Both the position numbers and the translations under genes were made by a program. A stretch of DNA of 64,000 bases from Octopus vulgaris (Eukaryota). Numbering within the stretch: the stretch's first letter is position 1; each line of letters begins with the position of its first letter. The notes under the pieces were generated by a model. That model ran no database searches, was not told where the DNA came from, and worked only from the letters and a program-made list of their open reading frames with translations. This document shows, piece by piece, positions 51,255-64,000 of the stretch. The stretch covers positions 85,808,001 through 85,872,000 of the forward strand of contig OX597817.1 of assembly GCA_951406725.2 (NCBI GenBank), written 5' to 3'.

Positions 51255-52201
51255 CTGTAAAATTCCTAAATTTCTAATTGTTATATTGTTGAAGCAATTT
51301 AATGCATTAGTCTATTGATAGTTGATTTTGTGTGTGTATTTGTTGTTTTGTTTCTCCACTAAAGCTGTTACACAATTTTTATGATTTGTTGGTTTTGTTC
51401 CTAATCACATTTAAATATTTTGTCTTTCAGTGTGTATTTTTCAAATGTGTGATTTTTTTTTGTTTTCTGGTTTATAATTTTTTTTTTTTACATTCATGAT
51501 ATCAAGGTGCAGGAGTGGCTCTATGGTTAAGAGACTTGCTTTCCAACCATGTGGTTTCAGGTTCACTCCCTCTGTGTGACACCTTGGACAGAAACAGAAG
51601 GAAGCCCATTCTCTGTGTGTGTGTGTGTGTGTGTATGGACCCTGTCTTGACACCACATACTAGTTATAACAAGCCTCAACATCATACAAGTGATGTTGCT
51701 CATTTCCAATCTTATGTAAAAACATATTTGGTCTGGGAGAAATCTAATCTTGCTTGAAAATGTGTGTGGATTGGTAACAGAAAGAATGTCCAGCTATAGG
51801 GAATCTGCCTCAACAAGTTCCATCTGACTCATGCAGGCATAGAAAAGTGGACATTAAAATGATGTTGAGTAGGAGGATGATGATCGCTTTGTCCAGTTTT
51901 ATGACTTGATGATTTTAATTAATTTCCTTAAAATATTTTTGTCTTTATGTACCTATTTTCTGGTGCCACATTAAAAGCACCCTGTACACTCTTTGGAGTG
52001 GTTGGTATTTGAAAGGTCATCCAGCCATAGAAACCATGCCAGAGCAGACAATGGAGCCTGGTGTAGCCCCTGACCTTATTAGCTCCTGTCAAACCATCAA
52101 ACCCATGCCAGCATGGAAAATGAACAAATTATGATGATGATGATTGTTTTTTTATAATGTTCACTTTGTACTGTTGTCTTTTATTTGGGAGCAAGACTAA
52201 A

Positions 52202-52385
52202 TTGTGGAGAGAAGAGTGACTAGCCAATTGGATTTATTCAAAGGAAACATTCAGACCCTTGACCCTAAAGGGATGAAAAAATCAACTTCAGCAAGATTCA
52301 ATTCTATAAGGACCCAACAAACTATTTCAAACCATTTTGGTTTAATACTCTACCATCAGCACCGAAATCATTCAATCTCTTTAAA
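52202..52385 (+). repeat. Near-identical dispersed duplication, copy 1
   Basis: Matches 58959-59143 with about 4 differences. Confidence 0.95.
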
Positions 52386-53269
52386 AAGCAGCCAAATTTC
52401 CCTCAAATCATACCCTGCTAGAAAAGAAAAAGGTGAGCTGATTGCAACTAAAGGGCCTTTAATCATAAGTCTACTGACCTGAGATTAGCAACAACAAACA
52501 TATGTTATGGAGATTTTAGATAGTTGGCACCATTTATTTATGGGTGCTTGCACAGCCCCACATAAGGAGCACTCATGCCAGTACCAACTAAAAGCACCCA
52601 TTCCAGTGTCACGTAAAAGGCACCCAGCACATTGTAAAATGGTTGGTATTAGGAAGGGCATCCAGCCAAAAAAACCATGCCAAACACAAATGGAGCCTGG
52701 ATACCTCTCCAGATGACCAGCTCCTGTCAAACCATCCAACCCATTCCAGCATGGAAAATAGACACTAATTGATGATGATGATTATACTGAATTTCCAATA
52801 CTCTTGTTTGAAACCATTTGTGTAAACTGTCTATCTTCAAATTTCACCCTACCAATATAAAAATGGATAAAGTACTCTTGAATATAAAAAGACAGCTAAG
52901 AAGACAAGATGGTCATGGCTAGAATACTGTTTAAACACAGTGAAATGATGAAAGAGACACATGGTTAGCCACTACAATTAGTGAAAATTTATAAACGTTG
53001 CAGTTCTTCATGAAATAAAACTAGGTAAGAAGGTATTTTCCAGCCTAAGTCACATACAGTCAGACAAAATCGTTTACCAACACTTCACATGATTACTTAG
53101 CAATTAGGTACAGGGATGTCTAAGTAGTTAAGAAGTTTGCTTTGCCATGATTCCAGGTTCAGTTCCTCTAAATGGTGCCAAAGCCTCAAGTTGACATACA
53201 TGATGGGCTTCTGCTGAACTTTAGTCAACCAATCTCCATTCACAAGTTGTTAGTCAACTTGAGGCATTA

Positions 53270-53313
<44 letters not shown>

Positions 53314-53314
53314 T

Positions 53315-53650
53315 AAGCATAAAGGTAAAGACCCCCTTCGGTCACAAATGATTTTGGGATTGCACCTAGAAAGTTCCCCTCCAAGGCACAAGTTCAAGCA
53401 AGACTGTTTGTGGAAGACCAGCAGTCGCCCATGGATACCCTCTCCACACCATTGATGTTGTCCAAGAAAAAGGCAAAGGCTGATACAGCTTGGCGCCAGT
53501 GACATCACAACTCATTTCTACAGCTGAGTGAACTGGAACAACATGAGATAAAGTGTCTTGCTCAAGAACACAACACACAGCCTGGTCCAGGAATCAAACT
53601 AACAATCTCACAATTGTAAACCCAATACTCGAGCCACTGAGCCATGCACT
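53315..53650 (-). mobile_element. tRNA-derived SINE (26172 family)
   Basis: Reverse-complement similarity to 26172-26518. Confidence 0.75.
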
Positions 53651-54570
53651 TTCTTTTATATACACACACACTCGTGTAACTGATATATGTTACTGATAGA
53701 TGTAATGAATGTAGTAATTATTAGTTTTGATAGCATAAAATTTTGTGGGACAGTGTGTTATGCACCAAATAAATCAACAAGTAAAAAACGTTATTTCTTA
53801 CTGATTTTATTTACCTGTCATAATTTGTCATTAGGAACAGTATACAAAGATTGTAGAACTCTGCTGTTTTACAGTGGTAAGAGGATGTGAGTAACAAGGC
53901 TCACTCACTTTTGGTAATATTTATGTCAGTTGTAGGTGTCAGGAAGAGATAAGTGTGCTAGAAAGAAAAAGGCATGCAGCATGTAAGAGTTAAAATGAAC
54001 TGTCTGAAAATATTTGAAGAGGGTTTGAATTTATACATGTTTGAAAGCTGGATGTTGGTCAGAAAGAAACAAAAGAAAGTGTTTATGTATGTTGAAGTGA
54101 ATGTAACCTAAGATGTTCAATAAGACTTATCTAAGTTGTATGTAGAATGACAGTTGACTCATAAAATTCCAAGTACGAATGCTGAGAATAATGGAAAGGA
54201 GATTGCAAAAAAAATCTAGACTAAGGTTTTAATTCCTGGCTAAGAACCCAGGAAATCGATCCATTTCATGTCTTTCACTGATGTAGTACTTTTTGAATAA
54301 AATCCTTTGTGATGTTGTTCTGAACCTACTTACAGTTACTTTCTTGTATCTCATCATAAAAAAGGCAGTGAACCAGTGATTAGGTCTTTGGAATTTGTAA
54401 CCAGTGGTTCACTGAATGAAGATATCATAAATCATAATAATAACAATAAAAAGTGGAAGTATTGCTATTATCTTCCATCTAAAAGTCACATCCCTATACA
54501 GAATATAATAATCAGTATTTTAATACTCCTGCATTTCTTAATGTAAAGGAAACAGTTTAATTTAAACATA

Positions 54571-55040
54571 TCTATATATATAAAACTGTAGTTGTGTGAG
54601 TGTCTGTCCCCTTCGATTTAGATTCCTAACTACTCCCACATTTTGCGGTGCAGTTTAACCAAATTCGGGTATCTTATAGTCGTGATTCATATCGAGCCCG
54701 TCTGAGTAATAGCGCGCGTCTACGATTTTAAAAATAATTTAACATCATTTTTTATTCCATTTTAATGCATAATTTTTCGTGTGACGATGGCGGCGGAGTT
54801 GGCGTCCATGGACACCTGCACCTGTTTGCTTCTCTCCTTTCTTCCCTCCCTCGTGAAGCTGTGGGGAAGGGAGTGTAAGGAAATCAACGTCGTAAAGCAT
54901 TGTCAAGGAGACCAGCGTTCTTTTAGAACAACGACTTCATGGCTTGAAGACACCAAAACAGAAATGGGAAGTAACTCTCTAAAAATGCTTATATAGTTAT
55001 TTCCCTTACAAACTCGAGCAACGCCGGGCGATACTGCTAG
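54571..55040 (+). mobile_element. Non-autonomous Helitron
   Basis: A|TCTATATATATAAAA start; hairpin ctcgagcaacgccggg then cgatactgCTAG|T; CpG-rich, so probably young. Confidence 0.9.
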
Positions 55041-55129
55041 TTGTAATATAAGACCAACATAAAAAAGGATTGTGGAGCTAAAAAAACGTCTTCATCAGAC
55101 ACGACTTTCATAGTGTGATAGTTAACAAA

Positions 55130-55320
55130 ACCTATTTATAGCCACAATAGAGAAGTCTTTAAATCTGTTTGTTGTTGCAACACAGAACTTCTTAAATCTG
55201 TAGCCACAATACAGGGCTCCTTAAATCTTTTTGTGGCTGTAATACTTCTTAATTTTGTTTGTAGCCACAACACAGAATTCTTAAATCTGTAGCAGCAATA
55301 CAGAACTACTTGAATCCCCA
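55130..55320. repeat. Minisatellite, ~28-37 bp unit (tgtagccacaatacagaacttcttaaatc)
   Basis: About 6 diverged units. Confidence 0.8.
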
Positions 55321-56674
55321 ATGACTCTCTGATTGTGAAACTTGTTTAGTATAACAATTTATACATTCAAATATTTATTGAAGAATTTCCTTATGTACAA
55401 TACTTTTAGCTTATAGCTGCTCTGTGTATTAAATAAATTTCTTTGAAATTCAATAAAAACTTTGAACTTTTCCTCTACCCTTCAGTTTAGGACAATGTAC
55501 AGTTGAATAATGACTGTAAACAGGCTCCAGTATATATATATTCCCACTTATTGAATATCTGCCCTTGTTATTTATTTATTGTTATTACATTGGCAGCTAA
55601 AATTGGGAATTGATGATTATTTGAATGATAGTTTTGACTGGCAACCAGATTTGTTTTTGGTATGGAAACCAAACCTCCTTTGTGATTGCCAGTAAATATT
55701 CTTGCAAAAAGGAGATCATGCTCATATCTGTGTTGATATCTTGCTATTAAAAAAAATACCCTTCATAATGGCACAAGGTTTAAATTGCACAGCAATGTTA
55801 TAATTGACCTAGTTTTTATGCAGCAACATATTTAATTGAAAATTAATTTTTAATTGATCATCAGTATACTTAAATACTATCAAAACTTTTATAATTATTT
55901 CTGCCCTCCACCTTCCTTTATATTTTAGAATTAGTACAATTAACTTCGATACCTTATTGATTTGTGCAAGCTTTAATGAATTGCTGCACACTTCTTTAAT
56001 GATGTCTTTACATGCAGTCAATTTATCACATATCAGCACCACAACTTTTGGGGAAAGACAAAGACTTCAACACATACTGGGCTCCTTCTAATAATAGTAC
56101 TGCTGTACTCAAAAAGACCCATCTGTCACAGCCAGTGCCATATAAAAAGTACTTGTGCTGATGCCACATAAAAAGCACCCAGTAAAACTTGTTAGGAACA
56201 GCATCCAGTTGTAGAAACCATGCCAGAACAGACAATGGAGCCCAGTGCAGCCCCTTGCCTTACCAGCTCCGGTCAAACCATCCAACCCATACCAGCATGG
56301 AAAATGGACATTAAATGATGATGATAATAGTAATACAGTAATTTACTGAAAAGGAAAACCTATTTAAAAGGTATAAAATGCTTGGCACTTGCTTGTTATT
56401 ATCCAGAATTTCCTATGAAACAATATGCAAACTTATGACTATGTATAAATATATATACAATATCTCCACTATTCTTCAGATTTCAATTTACTGTTCTCAA
56501 AGAATGTATTCTTTGTTAGATAATTCTTTGCAATGGATTCAACCCTGTATCATTCTCTACAATTTTACATTGATTCACTCTCATGACCACATCTATCACA
56601 TATTCTCTGGGAATGCAGCAGTCTTATTTCTTGACAGTTAAGTCTATATTAATCTTATTCTGTTTCATAATTCA

Positions 56675-57759
56675 CTAGCAGCATAGCCCGGCGTTGCCCA
56701 GGTATGTAAGAAACTTTGTGAATAAGCAATGCCCTTTACCTTTTTACCCTTTTTTGTACTCATTGAACCGTTATTTTGTAAAATGAAGCCTATAAGGCAT
56801 TCAAGACACCGTTCCCTTGCATGCATGAAGAAAATCTATGACAGTCAATGGGAAGAGCTGCAATCATCGTGTCAAGGACACGCGCACACGTGTGCACACA
56901 AATGCATCTACAGCCCAACATTGCTCGGATTTGAAGCAAAAGAAAAACATATGCCATTTCTAGTAACCTTTATGATAAAAGTGGCAAAAATCGACTAAAT
57001 TACCTGAAATCCGCCAACTATTTAACAAAGGTCAGTTTTGTAGGGTTCGCATGGTCGGTCTCAAAGTGATATGGTTTTGTCGATTTCTCCCAATACTTGT
57101 TAACTGCATTGACAAAAGGTCGTTAGTTTGATATTTAATGCAAACTTGATGTCCAACATTGGTGTAGGGAAAATCTATGTGAACTTTCAAAAAATATCGC
57201 AGAAAAATCAGTTTGCTATGTGTGCTACATATGATGTAATTATCCGATTTTTTCCAGTAATAATGTATCCTATTGGAATCAAAAGGGCCATATAGCTCCT
57301 TGGAGCAGACATGATGCTCGCTGTGAATTTCAAAAAAATTCCTGCCAATTTGTTAAAGATGTCGAAAATATGTCATCTTGAATTTGAACGTGATTTCCCA
57401 AAATGGCATGATTTTATTGATTTTTTTCTGATGGTAAGGTATTGCATGGAAAACTAACGTCAGAATTAAGTTCCTTAGGGTAACATTAAGCTTCACCATG
57501 AGTTTGGTGAAAATCGATTGCAAGTTGCGAAAACTACAACGGAAAATGTGTTGCATATGATAAGCTTAGATTCTCAACCCCATGTCGAATTTATCGATTT
57601 TTTTCAGAACTAAGGGAACTTTTCAAAATTTTTGCTGCGTTAGTTTTGAATTATGACATTGGGCTATGTGTGTGTCAAGTTTCATCAGAATCGGTTGAAA
57701 GCTGTGGTCAGGGTGAGGGTACAACCTGACAGACACACTGCCTTTTATATATATAGAGA
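56675..57759 (-). mobile_element. Non-autonomous Helitron
   Basis: Minus strand A|TCTCTATATATATAAAAGGCAGTGTGTCTGTC start; cctgggcaacgccgggctatgctgCTAG|T end. Confidence 0.9.
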
Positions 57760-58958
57760 TTATAGCCCCCCCCCCCCCCCCAAAAAAAACACTCCTAATG
57801 CACTAGTAATTAAAAAATTCTTAATTTTCAGTCAGTTATAATTTGAAATGACAATCTGTACTGTGCATGTACTTTTAGTTTTCATTGCTGTCTTTCTCTA
57901 CTTACATGGATGCTTTCTGTCTCCTCTTTCAGCTTTTTCTAAGGCGTTATCATGAACCTGAATACTGCATACAATAAGCTCATTATTATTATTATTATTA
58001 TCAAAAAAGCAGTGAGCTGGTAGAATTGTTAGCATGCCAGACAAAATGCTTAGTGGCATTTCATCTATCTTTACATTCTGAGTTCAAATTCTGCTGAAGT
58101 CGGCTTTGCCTTTCATCCTTTCGGGGTCGATAAAGTAAGTACCAGTTGTGCACTGGAGACAACGTGTTGAATTATACAGCTTTGTTCCAGTCTTGTCATA
58201 AGTGAAGGTAACTTCATGGCGACTAATATTTATTAAACATTATGTCAAGGGAGATAACTGTGTAACTGTTGAGTTCCTTCTTGACATTTACTTGAAGCTA
58301 TTTTACAGCACTTACTCTTTCTTCAACCCATATTTTTACTTTTCTCTCTTCATATTGTAGTCAAACCAACGACACGCCCAACATATATTTTGGTTCTTCT
58401 CCTGTCTAAGAATCAAAGCATACATGGAAAAAAAACGCAGAGTAAGAAGCCACTAGGTTAGCCTAAAGAAACTATATATACATATACGGTTATGTGTATG
58501 TGTATATATAATTATTTTAACGTACAATTTTTTATGCTTGCATAGGTCAGATAAATTTGTTGAGGCAGATTTTCAACAACTGAATACCCTTCCGGTTACT
58601 AACTTTCACATATTTTCAAATGAAGTTGGACACATTTTCATGAAAGAATGGAAACAAATGACACTGCTCAACTGTCATACATTGCCAAGGAGGCACATGT
58701 ATTTATATACAATGGGCTTCTTTCAGTTTCCATCTACCTAATCTACTAAAAAAAAATTTTGGTCAAATCAGGGCCATAGAAGATGCTTTTTGACTTCACA
58801 TCCATGTGTGTATGTGGATATCATCAACATTTCACATACAAACACACACACAGTGTATTTGTAGTAGGTATTGCAATATTCAATGCCTAGAAGTGACTTG
58901 TTTTAAACTGGTGAGAACTGTTAGATGTGTGTGTGTAAAGCATACAGTCAGTATTTGT

Positions 58959-59143
58959 TTGTGGAGAGAAGAGTGACTAGTCAATTGGATTTATTCAAAG
59001 GAAACATTCAGATCCTTGACCCTAAAGGGATGAAAAAAATCAACTTCAGCAAGATTCAACTCTATAAGGACCCAACAAACTATTTCAAACCATTTTGGTT
59101 TAATACTCTACCATCAGCACCGAAATCATTCAATCTCTTTAAA
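58959..59143 (+). repeat. Near-identical dispersed duplication, copy 2
   Basis: Matches 52202-52385. Confidence 0.95.
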
Positions 59144-60055
59144 TCAGGAAAAAATGTTTTATTTTTCAAGATTTATTCATCAAATTTGAGTCAGTTTGTC
59201 TTCATGACTTGTTCTGTCAATCTCACTTAACAACAGCCTCCAGGCAATTTCATAACCAACCACAGGCCTTTGTCATGATCTCCTGTTTTAGGCCCCTGGT
59301 AATCCTGGCCCTCAGCTCATCCTTCATGTTGCAGTTAGATTTTTTGGTCTCTCATTCCACTGCACTCTACACAAAGTCAATGTGGTTGCAGTCAGGCAAG
59401 TTGGAAGGTCAAATGTCAGGTGTTGTGTGATAGAAGAAATTCTCTGACAGCTAGGCCTGGGTCTTCCAGTTCGTGTGTTAGCGCACTACACTCTCGGAGT
59501 GGTTGGCGTTAGGAAAGGCATCCAGCTTTACCACCTAGCTCAGAACACAGATGTGGCCATCGGTGTTCAGCCTAAAGCTCTCGGGGAAGAAGTGAGGTAG
59601 TATGACATCACCTTCACTGTTGACAACACTGAAGACGATGATTGTCACTGGAAATGTCTTCTGCATGTTGTAAGCAACTTGTTGATCTGGTCTTCACAGA
59701 AATTCTTCTCACCAGAGAAGAACCACAGTATGTCTAGCTCCAGCAGGGGTTTCAACTTGTTAATCAGTTTCTTGGTGTGCTTGAGTCACTTTTCCTGCAT
59801 TGCCTTCGACAGAAATTGTCCCTTCCTCACCTTGAATGAAAAGTAGCAAATGTTCTCATGCACTACCTGCCTGATGAGCTTTTTATCTTCACCTTTCTCC
59901 TATGAAATTGCACATATCAACTTGCTGGGATTATTGTTAATGATCTCCTAGAGTTCAGTGATGAGTTCCAGAGTTCTGATGGTGTTAGATCGATTGTGGG
60001 TTTTCCTCTCTGCTGTCCCCTTGTAGTCAAATCCTGAATCTTCCAACTCCTTTCT
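59144..60055 (-). mobile_element. Decayed maT/DD37D-like (Tc1/mariner superfamily) transposon
   Basis: IINNNPSK..IRQVVHENICYFSFKVRKGQFLS..LWFFSGEKNFCEDQ and a degenerate WPPNSPD-like motif (I*PSNLPDCNHIDF); interrupted near 59480-59530. Confidence 0.7.
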
Positions 60056-60450
60056 CCCTACGCCCCACAAGTAGGCCTACTAAATGAACAGAAGGATCAC
60101 TTTTATGATATTCTTTTGCAGGCTACCTCAAAAAAGAGTGACAATGCTCTCTTTGTGGCTGGAGATTTTAATGAGCATGTCAGACAGCAGCCTGGTATCT
60201 TCTATGGTGTACATAGGAACCATGGAGTTGGTACCGGAAATGAAGAGGGAACGAGGCTCCTGGAGTTCTGCAATGCAAATAACCTATTGATCTGCAACAC
60301 CAACTTCAGGAAGCTGGCTAGCCACCTGATAACCTATCGATCAGGGGACTCTGCTAGCCAGATTGATTTCATTCTCACCAGACAGCGGGATGCATGGTTG
60401 CTCTTAAATACAAAGACCCTCCCTGGTGAAAAATGTACCACCCAGCATAA
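60056..60450 (+). mobile_element. RTE-clade LINE apurinic endonuclease fragment
   Basis: YAPQVG..VAGDFNEHV..GNEEGTRLLEFC..ICNTNF..TYRSG..SQIDFIL. Confidence 0.85.
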
Positions 60451-60554
60451 ATATATGTCTGTGGAATGCTCACATTAATTTCACAAGCAAGCTGTTCTCG
60501 TTAATCGTATCACCTGAGACCCTCATTGTCGTAACCGACGGAGCGCTCCAATTT

Positions 60555-61307
60555 ATTTAGGTTTCCCTCACACTCCACCAGCTCTGATCAATCATCCCTC
60601 CAAACTGCTCCCCAGACCATCAGAGAATAGCTGCCATGTTTCATTGTTGGCTGCAATCTTTTCACATCAAATTCTTGATCATAGAGTTTCCAGACCCACA
60701 TACAACCACTGTCAGGAAATACAGCAAATCTGGACTCATCAGAGAATATGACAGTGTCCCAAAATGCTAGTGGCCTCTCTACCATCTCACTGGCCCCATC
60801 TTTTCACTGCTTGATGTTGGCTGGTCGAAAAAGTGGCTTCCTTCTTGCTACACTGCTATAGTAACCAAGTTTGTGGAGATACCTGACAGCTGTTCTGAGA
60901 CTAACATCAACTTGTTCTATGTCATAGGCCTTACAATGAGGATTATCCTCCACACTTCTCTTAACAAAGTGAAGTGTACTGTCAGAAGGCCCTGGTTGAT
61001 CTGGGCGTGGTGATGTGAACTCCTTCCACTCTCTGGTGAATTGCACAATCACTCTGTTAACTGCAGAAAGTGGGATCCAAAAGTTTTCTGCAATTTTATG
61101 CTATGTCCACCTTCAGAATGACCCACAATATAGCTTCTTTGAAATTCAGACAGTTCCAAGGCTTCTTTTGTACATGGCATGATCAAAGAGTCACATAGAG
61201 CGCTTGAAACATAAAAATGTCTATTAATGAAAAATATAAACCTTTACAAGTTAGGATAGACATATAACAATGTTTTATGGGGTGTCTATTAACTTCTGTC
61301 ATGTCTG
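60555..61307 (-). mobile_element. Tc1-like transposon, 5' half
   Basis: TA|CAG end at 61307; ARRKPL, VIFSDESRF, MVWGAVW motifs; truncated. Confidence 0.85.
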
Positions 61308-61784
61308 TATACACACACACATAGGCATGGTTGTATGCTTAAGAAGCTCACTTACCAACAACAAGGTTTCAAGTTCAATCCCACTTGCAGAAGTGTCTTC
61401 TACTAAAGCCCAGGACCAACCAATACCATGTGACTGAATTTATTGAGCAGAGAAGCTGTGTAGAAGCCCATTGTGTGTGTGTGTATATTTCATTGTTTTT
61501 AATGTCCTCTTTTCCATATTTGCATGGGTCATACAAAGTTTGATTTTCTACAGCTAGATGTCCTTCCTGTCAGCAACTCTTACCTGTTTCTAAGTAAGAA
61601 AATATTTCCCTGTCACAAAACGTTTTTGAAGATTATTAGAAATAAATGACAGCTTGTATAACAGTGACACTCATTTACAATTATCATGCAATATCAGTAC
61701 CAAGACAAGGAGACACTCACACACACATACACGTACAATGGGCTCCTTTCAGTATATATATATATGTATACACACACAGGATAT

Positions 61785-62147
61785 TAAGAGCACCATCCAA
61801 GTGTGATCACTGCCAAAGCGGCTATCTGGCCTCCGTGCCAGTGGCACGTAAAAGACATCATTCGAGCGTGATCGTTACCAGCATCGCCTTACTGGCACCT
61901 GTGCCGGTGGCATGTGTAAAAGATTCAAGCGAGGTCGTTGCCAGTACCACCTGACTGGCCTCATGCTGGTGGCATGTAAAAGCACCCACTACACTCTGAG
62001 TGGTTGGCGTTAGGAAAGGCATCCAGCTGTAGAAACTCTGCCAGATCAAGATTGAAGCCTGGTGCAGCCATCTGGTTCGCCAGCCCTCAGTCAATCATCC
62101 AACCCATGCTAGCATGGAAAGTGGACATTAAACGATGATGATGATGA
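61785..62147 (+). mobile_element. RTE-related 3'-end element with (GAT)n tail
   Basis: Same core and tail as the 20450 and 31660 copies. Confidence 0.8.
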
Positions 62148-62469
62148 GAAGGTGCAAGAGGTAATTGAAGACATATTTGGTAATTTAATAAAACTCTAAC
62201 CAAGCAAAAACCAAATATATTTTAATATAAATTTGTGCACATATTCTCAATAAGCTTTCTTATAAGATTATTCTATGAATCTGTCTTCAACTTAGATAAC
62301 TGCTTAATGTGCAACTGGAATTGTTGACATGCCTATAAACGGTTGTACAGACATGATAGGAATGTACATAACCATTGATAGGAATGTACATAATAGTACA
62401 TTGATAGTCCCATGATAGGAATGTACATAACCAGACATACAAAAAGTGAAAAGAAGTCTGTAAAACATC

Positions 62470-64000
62470 TTATAACAGTTTGAGCTGATGTGTCAGATAC
62501 TGGATAACCAAGCAGAACTCAAGAGTATTCATCAACAATTGTTAGAAGATAAGGATGCTTTGTAGACAGAATTGGACCTTTGAAATCAATTGAAATTCGC
62601 TCGAATAGCTGCATGGCCTTAATCAAGTTAACTAAGTTTGGTTTATAATATTGTGGCTTCACTTCTTGGCATATAGAACAAATTTGTCTCACATTCTCTA
62701 ACGAATATGGAAGATTTCTAGTGAGGACAAAATGGTGGAGGTGTATTACACCAGCATGGCACAGTGCTGCATGTAACTCATAAAGTAAATACGAACTGAT
62801 TGCTGAACAGTATACCCTAGTGATTCACTATGGTACGCTGTTCGGCAATCAGTTCGCATCTGGTGTGATATTACTGGATCCTGGGCGATAGTGAATATCA
62901 GACGAGTATGGGGATAACTCAATGTGCCATCTCATAATTTTATCATTTTTAATTTTGCTCATTGCTTTATAATCATACATGAATGCAACAGAACATAGAT
63001 CAGTAATTAATGTGAAATGTCTACCAAGAAATGTTTCCAATGATGAATTAATTCGACGATTGCTTGTGATTTTCAGCAGAGGTGTGGTACTGTTCACTAC
63101 CTTGTAGCATGCAAGAATGGAATGCGACTGGTCTTCCATCTTGATTTAGTGTTGCAGATGTAACAAAATCCAAAGCATCCATCTCAATAGTAAATGGAAT
63201 GGTACTATTCGATAGTTAAAGAGACATTCGTGAGTAGTAGCATTGGTGGACATACAAAGTAGAGATCTGGTTGAATGCAGCACGTCTGGAAGAACTGTTT
63301 CCCATGAAGATACTATTTGAATAGCAGCATTAGCTAGTCCTATCTTCAATGACTCAAATGCTTTTACTTGTTGGCTGTTAAGTGGAAATTTCAATCCATT
63401 GAGAGGATATATTTTGTCAGAAAATTTGGAGATCCACTTAGCATAATAAGAAAACATTACATTTTAATGATTTCTGGTTGGTTGGTGTAGGAAGATTGAG
63501 GAGTGGAGCAAGCTTTTTTGGGTCAGGGTATTGTGTGAGATATGGTATCCAAGAAAATATAAAGTTGTCATTGAGTAAATACATTTCTCATCACTCATGG
63601 TGAGCCCCTCATTTTTTGCTGCTATTTCAAATTTTTTAAAATTCTCATCATGGTCATTTTGATCTTTTCCACATATAGTTAAATTGTCTATGAATGGAAA
63701 CATATCTCGCAGCTTGTATTTACTTACAAAGTCAGCTATTATACATTGGAAACATGCACTGCTGTTAGTTACTCCAAATGGCATCCTGGTATACTGCCAT
63801 AATTTACTTTCAGTTTCAAAGGCAGTGAATTGACGATCTTTCTCTGATAGAGGAATTCGATGGTATGCAGAATGTAAGTCTATAGTACTGTAGACATTAT
63901 ACTTGGAGATAGTGTTTACTAACTCATAAATTTTAGGAAGTGGGTAGGCATCAAGCTGTGTATATTTGTTTCTGAATGGTCTATCACCATCCTTCTTTTT
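62470..64000 (-). mobile_element. Ty3/Gypsy LTR retrotransposon pol remnant (RT-RNaseH-integrase), runs off the window edge
   Basis: LDAYPLPKI..SAYHRIP..FTAFE..RMPFGVTNSSACFQ..FIDNLTICG; FLGRHFTLITD..KIKNDKIMRWHIELSPYSSDIHYRPG; HHCC region and FERISIDFKGP..LTIVDEYS. Confidence 0.92.

Overview
AT-rich, microsatellite- and transposon-dense eukaryotic DNA. The SINE/LINE repertoire looks like octopus (coleoid cephalopod); the organism is my inference. The only confidently recognisable host gene is CIAO1 (WD40 cytosolic Fe-S assembly factor, + strand, coding exons 43452-43848 and 50109-50719, 335 aa), probably transcribed from a CpG-enriched promoter near 36 kb. The rest is mostly mobile DNA: three Helitrons with intact ends, two full-length decayed mariners, Tc1 and DD37D fragments, hAT and TTAA MITEs, a Penelope-like element, a HERO-type RLE retroposon, RTE and L1-like LINE remnants, a solo LTR, a Ty3/Gypsy pol and many tRNA-derived SINEs. 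Most interesting: three minimal hammerhead-ribozyme motifs with palindromic helix III, a ~0.5 kb inverted duplication in the CIAO1 intron that could fold into long dsRNA, a near-identical 184-bp duplication abutting a transposon remnant, and a possible divergent minus-strand orphan transcript. I see no prokaryote-type system and no CRISPR array. Coordinates of decayed repeats are approximate; all alignments were done by eye.
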